Shown piece by piece: positions 1 through 12,759 of a stretch of DNA of 64,000 nt (position 1 is its first letter; each line of letters opens with the position of its first letter). A program made the translations under genes and the position numbers. Origin of the DNA: Neoconidiobolus thromboides FSU 785 (lineage: Eukaryota; Fungi; Entomophthoromycota); assembly GCA_025603075.1 (NCBI GenBank), contig MU626286.1, positions 1 to 64,000 of the forward strand, in the 5' to 3' direction. A model generated the notes under the pieces. That model was given only the letters and a program-made list of their open reading frames with translations, did no database searches and had not been told where the DNA came from.

Positions 1-120
1 TGCATGGTTTTTTAAAGCTACAAATTAAACTATGGACATGCGGCGTATTTAAAATTCTTAAACAAGTTTAATTAAGTTAAAGAATACAATTTAAAGGCAC
101 TATGCTGTATACTCAGAAAG
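1..120. repeat. Duplicated upstream segment of the secreted Cys-rich gene family (copy belonging to a gene predicted left of the window)
   Basis: Bases 1-95 are identical to 4525-4619, with similarity continuing to ~120. A diverged copy is at ~18837-18955. The other two copies lie ~600 bp upstream of the secreted-protein genes. Confidence 0.9.
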
Positions 121-1024
121 GAATATAGACCTAAGTGAGATATTTTTCTAAACTTTGAGTCTTTTATAAATAAAACTATAAATAAGCATGATATATGACA
201 TAAATAGAGCAGCTTGCTTTTAGATGATTGACCCCTTCTTTTAGTTCGATAACCTTACAATTAAATCCAATTTAAAATTTTGAAGTTTAAAATTCAATCT
301 ATAAAAATAAGATTTCTACTAAAAGTATAAATATGGTGGAGTTTTAATTCTTTCAACTTGAGATTTTCATTAGATAGTTTAAGATGGCAAATCGAGAAGT
401 CACATTATCAATCAGCCAAAATGAGATCCTGCAGTATCCGGATTTTCAAATATTTCAATTAAATCTTACTTTAATATATTAAATTATATAAATATTACAT
501 TTTGACATATCATTGGTTTATAATTAATGAAAACTATTATAATATGACATAATAAACTTACTACTAATAGTTATTCTATTTTTGAAGCTCATTATAGTAA
601 ACTGTAAACAATAATTAAAACTTTAGTTAAAATTTGCATTGTGATTATAACGACAGTATATTTATGAAATTGTAGCTTAGCTTAATAAAACTTTTCACTC
701 CTTTTTAGATTTTTCAATCTTTTATTAACTTTACCGATTATAATTTGCTTACATGTGTCATTATAGTTTAATTTCTTTCCTTTAAAAAACACCTTCAACT
801 TATATTTCTTTCTTTCCACAAATACTTTTTCCCCTTTAAAGTGGTAGTAATATCTTTGGATTCATACTTCTAATTTAATTAGCAGCTTGCTTTCTCATTC
901 TCTCCTATCAAAGGCTTTATTATATAGATTTTAATTTGAAAAATGCTTAGATATTTTAGTACCTTTGATAGTTAAAAAATCTTAATATAATAAACATAAT
1001 AAATATTACATAGTAAAATAAAAG

Positions 1025-1130
1025 ATATGGGGATATATTTTGTGTTTGAGAAATTTACTAACAATTTTTCCGCTTAAATAGTGCTTAAAAAATGGAAGAA
1101 ATAATGAAGTCAAAAAAAACACTCCCATAT
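1025..1130 (+). mobile_element. MITE copy 1 (~100 bp, GGGGAT..ATCCCC-type TIRs; coordinates include 4-bp TSD)
   Basis: ATAT-GGGGATATATTTT...AAAAAAAACACTCCC-ATAT with family core TTTACTAACAATTTTTCC..AAATAGTGCTTAAAAAATGG. Confidence 0.9.
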
Positions 1131-2774
1131 ATAAGGTCTGAAAGATTTAAAATTTTAAATGAAAGAGGATCTCACTTTAAATGATTTAAATGGATTACCA
1201 AAAAAGTAAACGTCAATTTAAATGCATTTTGTTTCAATTTGACTGATAGATGACAATTTAATGACATTTTTAATGAAAATCGCATTTTGTAGTTTGGTTT
1301 TTAACTTTCTTATTTGAATTCTCAGATTAATTGCAAGGTTATCAAATTAAAGAAAGGACTTATCATCTAAAAACAAGCTTTTATACTAAGAACATTGAAT
1401 CAATAGTAAAGGAACACGTAGTTTGTTTATACTATTAGGTTCTTATTAAAAAAATGGAAATTTTAATTCATGAATTTATAGCTTAATCAAATAATTTTTT
1501 TGCTATTTTGGTAAGATTTCATATAGTTATCTTAAATTTGTTTATACAATCTGATCTGGTAGTGTCCGAGAGCAATTAAAGATCGCTGAAGGGGTTATGT
1601 GCTATTTAATTTAGGATAAAGTTAACGATTTTTCAAGAAAATGTTAAATTTCATCAAAAATTCTAGCCAAAGCTATTCTTTAGAACTATTTGCTCAGTTT
1701 AATCTGTTACATCAAAATACTTATAAACCGCTATGAAAAAAAACCTTATATTAAATTACAGTTTAGGTAAAATTTATTAATAGTATTATAAAAATAAGTA
1801 GCTTTGTAATATAAAAGGAATCAATATCAGATACATGGACTCAGTTTTATAATAACAAGATTATTTATGGGTTTTGTTGTTTAGTGCCATTGATTTATAT
1901 TCTAGTAGGAATTGCTACTTATTTCAAAAGCAGTTCATATAATATCTTATGCAATAAGGTATATAAGTTTTATAATGACTTTTAATGCTAATTAAACATA
2001 CATCAAAATAAACTAATAATTGATAAAAAAATTTAGATATGTTAAATAGTGTAAATTAATTGGTAATTTTATCTAAAAAAATTCACGAAAAATGAGATCA
2101 TTAGACTAGGTGATGAGCCTAGTGGAGTCGAGATGTATTTAGAGTTATATGTTTTTCTATTTAGATAGTTGAGCATAAACACGTCGAAAGTCCTGGATCA
2201 TGAAAAATATCCATTCAGCCGCTGAACATAGATAAGAGAGATTTTATCTATAGAATCGAGGTTGGTTATGATAAGTTTCATAGAGGATCTATGCTACCAA
2301 AGTAATAGTTAACATTTTGATGTTCAGGTTTATACTAACTATATCCTTTATTGACTTTAGAGACAATCTCTATGTCTATTGTGCTATTGAAACTTCATTG
2401 TATTAAGCCACAGTTATTTTGACTAATTTGTATTCTTTTTCTTTCACTATAGTTGTAACTGACTAATAAATTTTAAAAAAGCAACTTTGTATACTAGCTT
2501 TAATATCAATATTTTGGTTAGTTTTTAAGTAAATTTAAATACAGTTTATTAAATGGCATAAAATTTAAAAATTGCAATATCATATAAATTAATTTTCATT
2601 TAGCACTAATCAAATATAAAAGAATATAGCAGTAAACCTTTTAATTTTCGGTTTGTATTAATATATTTATTTGCAACTCGATTGAGGCTATAAAGTTTAA
2701 TGTTTGGCTAATAAAAATAAAATTTGTATTAACAAGTATAAATTTATATTTTGTGTTTATTTAAGAATATAAAG

Positions 2775-3899
2775 CTACAGTATCTTTTTAATGGATTTAA
2801 GAATATCATCCCAATTGTCTTTAACATAGCCTTTTGCAAGTTCACTACTTTCTTTTAAGACTTGTTGACGAACCCCTCTAAGGATAACTGCCTTTTCATC
2901 ATATTGGGCTCCTTTATATTCATTTAAGATCATTTCATCTGCAGTAGGACCTAAAATAGCATTAGTAGTAGCAGCCAAAACTAAACCTGCATATGGAATA
3001 GCTGAAATTCCAGAAACCACGGCAGTTCTCATAATATCTAAAGCCTTGTTATTATAAGCCATTTTTGAAGCATTGATTAAAGGCAAATTTTGAAGACATG
3101 AACCTAAATCAGCTCCAGTATGCTTTTCGCCAGTGTTAGTACAGTGTTTTCCATAAACATTATTAAATGCGTCACCCCCAGCTGCACACTTTGTATGGAC
3201 AGAGGCCATATGTGCCAATCTAAAACAATTATTAAAATCATATTTCATAGCAGCAGTTCGTAGCACATCATTAGCTAAGAGACATATTTTATCGATACTT
3301 AACACGTTGAGGTTATCTTGAATTGTTTGAGTATTTTTCTTATATATGCTAGTGTTATTTAAAATATGAGCAACCACATTTTCAGTCATTTGTATTCGAA
3401 AGACCTGACGGAAGTTTTGATCATCTGGATGCAAATTATTCAGAGGAATAATAATTGACCTTATACCATTCCTTAAATCCGCATAAATATAGTTTCCAGT
3501 TCCAACCGGGGGATTGAAAAATAGATAATCTTTTTCTTTACTTGTAGTTGTAATTCTATGCTCAATAAAAGTCGGTAAAGATTTGGATGAATCTGCTGTA
3601 ACTGCTAAAAAATTATCCGTGCAATATTGACGACTGAAGGTGGTACATTCACTCGAAGTACGAAGACAACTTTTTCCTCTGTGCCAATCAATTAGCTGCT
3701 TCCTTGTATGAGCATTGGAAGGTGCAGTAAACCCATATAATGGTATACAATTACGCTGGTACTTTGGTGATATGTCGATTTCAAACCATGCAGTGTCAGA
3801 CTTAAGATTGTGACAGTTCGCATCCAAGTAAGTTAACCCAAGAGGATTTTGACTTAACGTAGTAGTGATAAAAATGAATATTGATAAAATCAGAAACAT
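2775..3899 (-). CDS. Secreted Cys-rich protein of unknown family, paralog A (374 aa, intronless)
   Basis: Long ORF with hydrophobic N-terminal signal peptide (MFLILSIFIFITTTLS). Ten Cys are conserved with the paralog at 17135-18253. C-terminal hydrophobic stretch TAVVSGISAIPYAGLVLAATTNAILG. Confidence 0.9.
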   Translation of the reverse strand: MFLILSIFIFITTTLSQNPLGLTYLDANCHNLKSDTAWFEIDISPKYQRNCIPLYGFTAPSNAHTRKQLIDWHRGKSCLRTSSECTTFSRQYCTDNFLAVTADSSKSLPTFIEHRITTTSKEKDYLFFNPPVGTGNYIYADLRNGIRSIIIPLNNLHPDDQNFRQVFRIQMTENVVAHILNNTSIYKKNTQTIQDNLNVLSIDKICLLANDVLRTAAMKYDFNNCFRLAHMASVHTKCAAGGDAFNNVYGKHCTNTGEKHTGADLGSCLQNLPLINASKMAYNNKALDIMRTAVVSGISAIPYAGLVLAATTNAILGPTADEMILNEYKGAQYDEKAVILRGVRQQVLKESSELAKGYVKDNWDDILKSIKKIL

Positions 3900-4524
3900 T
3901 TTTTTTGTATTTTATCGGTATATTTTGTTTCTATTTATATACTTTTTTTTAGCACTGTAGACGCTTAATACAAAATAAGTATTAACTATAGATTATAGCT
4001 ATATGTTTATTATTTAATCTATTAATGAATATAATTTAATAAACAATAAATAATAAATAATTAGGGAAATTATTTTTAATAACTAAATTTGTAACATATA
4101 TATAAATATTAAAGTGGTACAGGTAATCGTATTCGTTGAACATTTGTATATGCAATCTTATAGGGCTCTCATTTTCATAATATAATTTCTTACCCTGCTA
4201 AAATTAATTGTTCTATTCATTAGTTGAATTCAATATTTTTTTATGACTGCAAAATTATTCACAGTAATTCAATCATTCACAGTTATTAAATTCTTTAATA
4301 CTTTCAACGATTCAAGTATCCTATTTATTATATTGAATCATATTAATAGTCAAATTGCTGCCAGATCTTTATTATTGAATTAGGTAATCTTACTAATCAT
4401 ACCGATTGAATATCAACTAACTAGCATTTACACTATATTAAATTATATAGTAAAAGTTAAATTTATAGTATAAAGATATACTATAACTCAAAAATACTAT
4501 TTATCAAAATTTACAAAGCTTGTG

Positions 4525-4645
4525 TGCATGGTTTTTTAAAGCTACAAATTAAACTATGGACATGCGGCGTATTTAAAATTCTTAAACAAGTTTAATTAAG
4601 TTAAAGAATACAATTTAAAAGCATAATGTTATATACTCAAGAAGG
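4525..4645. repeat. Duplicated upstream segment of secreted paralog A
   Basis: 95-bp perfect match to window positions 1-95. Confidence 0.9.
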
Positions 4646-6043
4646 ACTTTGTTTAAAGAATATTAATTTTTATTGTCTTAGAGTTAATTTATAAAAGATA
4701 ATTAATTTGAATAGAGATGTATTAAAATAGAAAGAAAGTAAACTTTTGAACTAAGAGCATTGGATTAGTGGTAAAAAAGGACACAATGAAATAGTTTATG
4801 TTATTGGAGTCTCTTAATTAGAAAACAAGTGTGAGTTCTAATTTAAGTAGCTATAGCCTAATTGAACTAATAGTTTTCTAATATTTAGCCAAACTTATAT
4901 AATTTGATCGCGTAGCATTTAAGAGTGTTTATCAACAATTGTGAAGAAATTGTGTGCTAGCTGCGTTGAGATAAATTTGTTAGCAATATAATAACATAAT
5001 AAAGATACGAGGTTCTGACTATAAAAAGAAGTTATAATGAACACTTTATATTCAATTCAATAAACGCAGCTCTATTTGTTAAATTTGGTATTTTTGTTAA
5101 CGCTTTAACTTGCAGAAATTAATGCTTATTTTAAATTAATTATATAGCATTTTGTTAACAATGAGTTGAATCTAGTCTAATTGTAAAATACAATATCAGC
5201 TGACTATACATTCGAAAATAATGATTAATAGCAAATATCTGTAATGTTTAGCTTTGTTACAGTAATATTTTATTGATCTAAAGCTATTAATTAGTATATT
5301 GTAACTTTTGTAGAAAGAATTAATGCTAAGCTTATAACTACAATAAATCATTTTAAATAAACTATAATTTGATAGACAGTAATAAATAGTTTTGTTTTTT
5401 AAAAATAGACCAAGGATGAACATTTAAGTACCGGTGTTATCTTGCTTTGTATCTCAGGGGTGCTGTTCATGTCCTCTCCCAAACAAAACTTAGATGTAAA
5501 GTTAAGTTTTTTATTTCTCATTTCATCTTGCTTTCGTATTCTATAGTCGTCTTAGCATTCTAGTTTTGATATAAGCTATAGCTGTTCCAACTTTTTTATG
5601 CCTTATTTAATAGTAATTCTTATAATCAACTTATTTGAATAGCCGATTTTTTTAAAGCTTGATCCTTAGATTTTACCCGAATTTCAACATAACTTTTTTC
5701 TTAAATGAGTTGTTAATTAGATCACAAAAGAACAGCAATAGAGCTTATTTTAGAAATATTTATCAACATTTGAACAATATGATTGTGAATGCTTTTATTT
5801 ATTCATTAAAAAGTGGAATGGGAAGAAAATAAAAAATTAGAGCGTTGTTTTAAATTATGCATTACAAAAAAAAGTATCTAAAATAATAATAAAATTCAAG
5901 TTATATAACTATAACTTAATAAGAGCTTAATTTTAACATTAACAGTACATGGGGAATAGATCAACATATTAATTAAGATAGAAAACATATTTATCCGATA
6001 TACATTCTTTTATCTTAAACTAGCAGTAAAATAATACCTTTTA

Positions 6044-7127
6044 TCAATTATCTAAACGTGAATAACCGTCTCTATTATTGTTAATTCCTGACATTAAAGA
6101 ATCCAATTTATCATACAAAGAAACTTTGATGTGAAGATCATTTTCTAAAGATGAGTTGCTCTTTTCTTTATCTTTTAATAGATATGGGACAGGTGACGTA
6201 GCTCTAGACAACGACCTTTTCCTTTCCTTTTGTACTTTTGGTGGCTTGAAGTTAATACTTGGTTGTACCATCAATACATTCTTACGAAATTGATATAGCA
6301 AATCTACATTAGGTAACTCTTCGAAATTATGAGTAAAAATCCCCAATTCGGAATCTAATTGTCTTAAAGCTTTTAATTTTAAGTCCGCTAAATAACCGAA
6401 GTTACTTTCTATTCAATTTATTAGTATTTTGGAGGAGTTGTAATATAGCTTAAAAATTACCTAAATCATTAAACATTTCAAAATAGATACGATCTTTTTC
6501 AAATGATATATAAAAATCACTAAAGAAATCTGCTAAATGAAGCTTTAAATCATTTAAAAAGCCTCGAAACTCTCGACTTAATCTAGGTTTATCAGAATAC
6601 TTAATCAAAAATTCCTTGGGAAGTTTCAACCTATTAACCGGTGAGAAAAATCTTGAATGTAGCTTTTCCGATTGTGCTAAAAATTCAAGTTGATTATTAG
6701 TCGTTGTACTTAATACTCGATCTATTTCCAAATAGCACAACTAAAACTTTATTAGTTGAATGAATTAATATTTAATCAATAAGCTTACCAGGTTCTGAAG
6801 TAGATTTTTACTATAAGCAAATCGTATAAAATAACAGAGAGGGATCCAAGATTGAGTGATGGTACGGAATCCAGTAGTAGTGGTTTTTGAAGGTAAATTA
6901 TCGACGAGTACTCTATCACCAAAAAATTGTTCCAATTTCCTGGATCTAGCGTTTGGAGCTAACGGAGGTGATAAAAAAGGCTTTGGTACAGCTGTGCTGT
7001 TACAAGTATTAATATCTGTTAATGGAGCAGGCACTTTCATTTTTCTTCTTGTTATTATGCCTCGACTATTTAACCTTGTTGTTGACATGAAATTCGATTT
7101 TCCGTTAAGTGGGTAAGCGATGCTCAT
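6044..7127 (-). CDS. Divergent RGS-like domain protein (3 exons; introns ~6790-6738 and ~6461-6409)
   Basis: Three ORF pieces join through GT-AG introns. LCYFIRFAYSKNLLQNL-CYLEIDRV...EKLHSRFFSP resembles the RGS pattern F..FL..E...ENL.FW..vE....IY..F. Confidence 0.5.
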
Positions 7128-8581
7128 TTATTGACAAAATAGAAGTGAAAGTAAAGAACTATAATTTATTAAATAAATGAATAGAAAATTTTAAAATTGG
7201 GAATAGAAAAGTAAATTAAGGGTAATGGTAATAAATTGAATTTTTGGAACTTTTTATTTATTAAACTTTTCTTTTTAATTGTTCTCCTTCAACCCCAGGC
7301 TAGAGCCAATCATTGGACTGAAAGCCAGGGGGATTTCTTAATGCACTTGAAGTACTAAAACTTAATCAACTAATCAATTATGATGCTAAAAAATATAACG
7401 AGTTTGATTGAAGCTAATTTAATTGCTGATCAAATTTATATTTTATTATTCTTGTTTAATAAAAATTAAACAATCAAAAAATATATTACCACACAAAGAA
7501 TATTATCGGTTGCTTAGATAATAAATAAATTTGGTAAATTTAACATAAAATTAATAAGTGAAACCAAGTATTTTTTATCTTTTTATTCAGTCTAATAAAC
7601 ATTCTATAATATTAATAACTCACATTTACTATTTTAATTCAACCTATAGTTTAATTCTAGATTTTAATTATATCAATTTCAATTAAATCCTGTTGTCATT
7701 TTAAAGTGCTATTTATCGTTGAAATAGCATAAGGATAAAATTCCTACTGAATTAATAACAACTACAACGGATGTAGCTTATGATAAGTTATAAATGACAA
7801 AAGCTCCCTCAAAACATAATAAACTATAATGAATTATTTAAATTAAATTAGATCAACTTATTTAATCATGAAGTGTAGTAAACGATTAAATAATAAAAAT
7901 AAATACACCACCTATTTTAATTATCATTGATGAAAATTAAGGTTTCTGAATATAAGATTAACTCTAGATTTTGAGTTATAATCATTATTTAGAAGTTTAG
8001 AATCTAAATAGATGTATATTATTTTGGTATATAAATAGAGTATTGAACTCAAACTTTTATTTAGTTTGATTCAACTAACTATATCTTTTAAATTACTATA
8101 AATGAAGTATATTTTCCACCTTTTAAACACCCTTAAAAAGTGAAGAAAGTAAGTTTAAATTTTTTAAAAAGATTTTAAAAAGTGCCATTTTACAAAAAAT
8201 ACATTTCTAACTTAATATGTAAATAAGTATTTTAAGCTAATATTTATAGTAAAATAAAATTATGAATCTACTTATTTATCATTTGTAAGTACATTTTAGA
8301 ACGTTTTATTTATAATTAGCATCCTACACTAACCTTACTTCAGTTTTTGCATCTTTTGAGCAACATCCTGGAAATTTCCTTTCATTTTAACCAATAGTCT
8401 AGCCCTTCTTAAAAAACCGATTTTCAAAAACTAGGTCCATGTCATCATCATTCTAATTCTCTTAATAAATAAATCTTAAACCACAAAGTCGATGCTAATT
8501 GGCCACAGTATCACTAACTAAATATTTAAAATAAATTAGCATTTTTTATTTTTATTAACAAAACGTAACAACAAAAAAAAG

Positions 8582-9657
8582 ATGAAATTTTTCACTGGAT
8601 TATTAGTCTTAGCGTCTACCTTATTGGTATCTGATACTTTAGGTTTAAAAAAAGCACCTGAAAAGTTGACTATTGGTAAGTTAGTTTATTAATCTATCTT
8701 ATGAATATTTATTTTGAATAACTTATTAGGTATTAAAAAACGCATTCCTGAAAGTGAATGTGAAAGAAAAGCTAAGAATGGGTAAGTTTTATTGTCCTTG
8801 AGTATTCTTAATGTTTATCTTTTATTTCCACAGGGACTTTGTCTCTGTTCATTACACTGGTACCTTATTTGAAGATGGTACTGAGTTTGATTCCAGCATT
8901 AAACGTGGACCATTTGAGTTTAAACTTGGTAGGAATTTATTAAACTTAGGACAATTTTATACTAAAATTTCATGTAATAGGTTCTGGTAATGTTATCAAA
9001 GGTAAATCAACATTATTTTATTTTATAATTAATTTAACCTCTATTTTTTTAGGCTGGGACCTTGGTTTACTTAAGTACTACTATTAGTAATTTCAAAACC
9101 TCCAACTTACTAACAACCTCTTAGCATGTGCATTGGTGAAAAACGTAAACTTGTAATACCTTATGACTTAGCTTATGGTGAAGCCGGTTCCCCACCAACT
9201 ATTCCAGGTAAATATAGTTGAATTAATAAGTATTTATTTAATCTGTTTTTTAATAGCTAAAGCCACCCTTGTTTTTGAAACTGAGTTGATTGGTATTCGT
9301 GGTTATGAGCCAAAAAAGAAGGCAGATGATGAGACTAAGGAAGAAGAGAAAGAAAAGGTAAAACAGGATGAGAAGGCTGATAAGGATTTAAAGGAAGACA
9401 AGAAGGTTGAAAAGAAGAGTGAAAAGAAGACCGAAAAGAAAGACAAGAAAGCTGATAAAAAAGAAGAAAAGAAAGACAAGAAAGCTGATAAAAAAGAAGA
9501 AAAGAAAGAAAAGAAAGAAAAGAAAGAAAAAAAGGGAGAAAAAGCTGATAAGAAAGAAAAGAAGAATAAAAAGGCAGCTAAAGAAGAAAAGAAGGGGAAG
9601 AAAGATAGCAAGAAAGGCAAAAAAGACAGTGATGAAGAGGATAAAGATGAACTTTAA
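8582..9657 (+). CDS. FPR2: ER-lumenal FKBP-type peptidyl-prolyl isomerase (FKBP2/FPR2-like) with Lys/Glu-rich tail and KDEL; multi-exon
   Basis: Spliced translation: signal peptide [15 protein letters not shown], then [65 protein letters not shown]; ends DKDEL. Confidence 0.93.
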
Positions 9658-10192
9658 GCTGTTTTAATAAACCTTTTACAAGCATTATTTCTATTCGTTT
9701 TAAATTAATTTTTAGCATTTAAAATTGTTATCAATATACAATGCATATGTTTTTTAATATTATAATATAAATTTACAGAAATAAGTCTAACTCTAATCAT
9801 TGTATTAGTATAATAATACTACACTTAACTGCATACTAATAGCTTGATAACTATCATTAGACGCCTCTATAAGTGTACTTCAGTTTTAGGCGAATCTAAA
9901 ATGGTGGAGACATATAAATGTAGCAATCAAAAATAATATTTATAAGCCAAAAAATTGACTTACAGTCAATAACTCCATAGTTTTTATTAAAAATAAAATT
10001 TGCTTATTTTTTACCACAGTAAAGAGATATCTTCTTTTTAAAAATTTACATATTGCTGCGTAAATATTAAGAACACATAAACTAAATTCTTGGCTATATA
10101 AATTAAATAATTAAAAAAGTGTTTTAATTTTATTTGACTTACATCAAGATGCCATTGAAACTTGAATAAATTATCTGATATTTTATTAGAAG

Positions 10193-10291
10193 GTATGGGG
10201 ATGTATTTTTTGTTTAAGGACTTTACTAACAATTTTTTACTCAAGTAGTGTTTAAAAATGGTAAAAGTGATAGTTAAAAAAACATCCGTAT
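10193..10291 (+). mobile_element. MITE copy 2
   Basis: GTAT-GGGGATGTATTTTT...AAAAAAACATCC-GTAT; direct GTAT duplication. Confidence 0.85.
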
Positions 10292-10608
10292 ATTTTATTA
10301 AGGATTTTATGGAAAATTATACTCATCCAAAGTCCACTTAAACTTACATAAATAATTCATAAACTTAAGACTCAACATAAATCAATATAATAAATTTATC
10401 AGATAATAATAGTTTTATCAAAAGGAAGAAGTTATGTGTACAGTTGTTTAACATTAATCAAAAATTACTTTTAACTATTTTAATATTTATGTTTACCTTA
10501 CAAAAAATTCGAATTGGAAGCAAAACCTTGGATTAAAATTGATTCAAAACAACTGTTTTTAAATTCATATCATCCATCAAAAAATCCAATTTTTGCTTTT
10601 ATTAAAAA

Positions 10609-11827
10609 ATGACCATTTATTTAAAAGAAGAAGAATTACCATTTAAAGAGATCGTAACCGATGAAGAAGAAAGAGGATTAGAGTTAAGTAAGTAACTTCA
10701 AAATAATAGTTTACTTTTTAATTAAAACTGTAAGCTAGTGGAAGTCGTTGTAGCTGATATTGAAGCTAAAAACTCGTCTCAATTTTTAAAGTAATTTGTA
10801 TCATCTACTATATGTATTTCATAAATAATCTCAATAAACAAAATAAGGTTTCAAAAATTACATTTAAAATCTCAACAAAGTATTGAGCACTTAAAAAGGT
10901 TTCGAAAAAAGGAAGAGTCTAATGAGAATGTTAATAACAGTAACCCTTCTCATCTTATTTTAAATCTAACCTAACCCCATCTAGCTAGCCTCAAAATATT
11001 AACTGGAATCTTATGTAGTTTGGAAGACTACAGTTTAGAATTTATAAGTCAAAAAATAGAAGAAGAAAAGACGGATTTTACAAATATATATTTGATAAAA
11101 GTGCCAAAGTATGCACCTTTGAATCGAAAACAGTTTGATGAGAGTAGAGTTGTTTGGCCTATAAATTACCACGAGAATCCAACTAGGTAAATTGATAGTT
11201 ACAAAAAGAGACTAAGTCTAAGTTGACCTTTTAGGACAATTAAATTTACTCAACAACAAGTGGATTTTATCTGTAAAATAATGAAAAAAGTCATGGATAA
11301 CGGACCACATACTATCTCGAATAAAGTAAGTTCATTTCATCTTTTTAGAAAAATATTAGATCAATAATTCAAGTGTTGTCAAAGAGCAATTATAGTTGAC
11401 CCAAAACTGGATAAAGTTCTTACAGATAATATAGACACCACTCGATACTTTGGTCACCCTTTAAAGCATAGTATTATGAATGCAATCGATTCTATATCTC
11501 AACAAGAGCAATCGCGTAGAAAAGAAAATAACAAAAGGAAAGGAATAGACTCAGAAATTGAAATCAATTATCTCTGTCAAAATTTGGACTTTTATTTAAT
11601 CTCAGAACCTTGTGTTATGTAAGAGAATAATTATTGTTTTCTTCGTTGTTTAGTAATTTGTTTTTAGGTGTTCTATGGCCTTAACGCATTCTAGAGTAAG
11701 ATATGTGTTTTTCAAATATAGAAATGAAACCATAGGTGCTTTAGGTTCCAAAGTAAAAATTCATAATTTCAAAGGATTAAATCATCATTACAGAGTGTTT
11801 GTTGGAAATTTTGAATTGAACAAATAG
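10609..11827 (+). CDS. TAD3: tRNA adenosine-34 deaminase non-catalytic subunit Tad3/ADAT3; multi-exon
   Basis: EHLKRFRK, VPKYAPLNRKQF..WP, HPLKHSIMNAID (no catalytic Glu), YLC, EPCVM|CSMALTHSRV, LNHHYRVF. Confidence 0.9.
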
Positions 11828-12100
11828 ATCTTTATTATGGTTATGTAGTTACTAAAATAGAATTTAATTATAATTATTGTATGTTATGCTTATTCATTGT
11901 AGTAAGATATTATTGAAGTTATAATGAACTTATTTTTATTAGTATTAAAGTTTTTAGTTCTGATTGATAAAAAAGCTATAATAGTAATAACTTTGAATTT
12001 TTAACAATTTTTTTAAAGTGCAATCATATGAACTTTTAAATGTAATGAAGCTGTGTATTTAATTTATACATTGATAACTTAAAGTTTTTAAATAGGTATT

Positions 12101-12208
12101 ATATGGGGGATGTATTTTTGTTTAAGAATTTTACTGACAATCTTTCCACTCGAATAGCGCTTAAAAAATGGAAAAAGTAATAAAATCAAAAAAAGAGCAT
12201 CCCCATAT
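12101..12208 (+). mobile_element. MITE copy 3
   Basis: ATAT-GGGGGATGTATTTTT...GCATCCCC-ATAT plus family core. Confidence 0.9.
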
Positions 12209-12537
12209 TTTTATTGATTTTATTAAATACCTATATTAAAACTTTAAAATATATTAAAGTTTGTTATGTGTTTTTTAAACTCAAATATAAAAAATCAACA
12301 CCAAAGGGTTTAAATATGAAATATCTAATCTTAAGAAATTGAATCATAATTAGAAAGTATCTTATGGGGTACTTTGAGTAAAAGGGATTAAAGTATTCAG
12401 TATTTGCTGATCGCTCTAAATATATAAAATAAAAATAAAAATATTTATCCATTTGTAATTATTTTATGATTTTTTACAATCTATATTCTTTTATGCTTGA
12501 TTTGATAGTGTGGAATTTTTACTAAAATTATGTTAAT

Positions 12538-12642
12538 ATACGGGGATATATTTTGTTTGAGAGTTTTACTAACAATTTTTTCACTTAAATAGCACTTAAG
12601 AAACGAAAAAAAAGATGAAACCAAAAAAAACATCCCCCATAT
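12538..12642 (+). mobile_element. MITE copy 4
   Basis: GGGGATATATTTT...AAAAAAAACATCCCCC-ATAT plus family core. Confidence 0.85.
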
Positions 12643-12759
12643 ACTGATGGTACATAAGCAAAGTGTAGTAACCTTAAATTTCATATATATATTTTTACTT
12701 ACTTTTATCATTTATTTAAAGTTATTATCAGTTTTGATTCTTTTTTAATGAAAAATAAC

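Noticed and set aside
4757-4800. GCATTGG..TAGTGGTA resembling a tRNA 5' end (also TAGCTCAGTT at ~43266)
   Set aside because: There is no T-loop GTTCRA, no acceptor-stem partner and no cloverleaf.
8112-8152. TTTTCCACC...CTTAAAAAGTGAAGAAAGTAA resembling the MITE interior
   Set aside because: No TIRs are present and similarity is low for AT-rich DNA, so it was not counted.
9303-9667. ORFs 9303-9620 (-) and 9407-9667 (+), and the ORF-track start at 9175
   Set aside because: These are shadow frames of the Lys/Glu-rich FKBP tail. The 9175 start runs through an intron in the wrong upstream frame.
10038-12711. Short ORFs at 10038-10244, 12264-12452 and 12481-12711 (also 21536-21754)
   Set aside because: These are AT-rich chance frames, several running through MITE copies.
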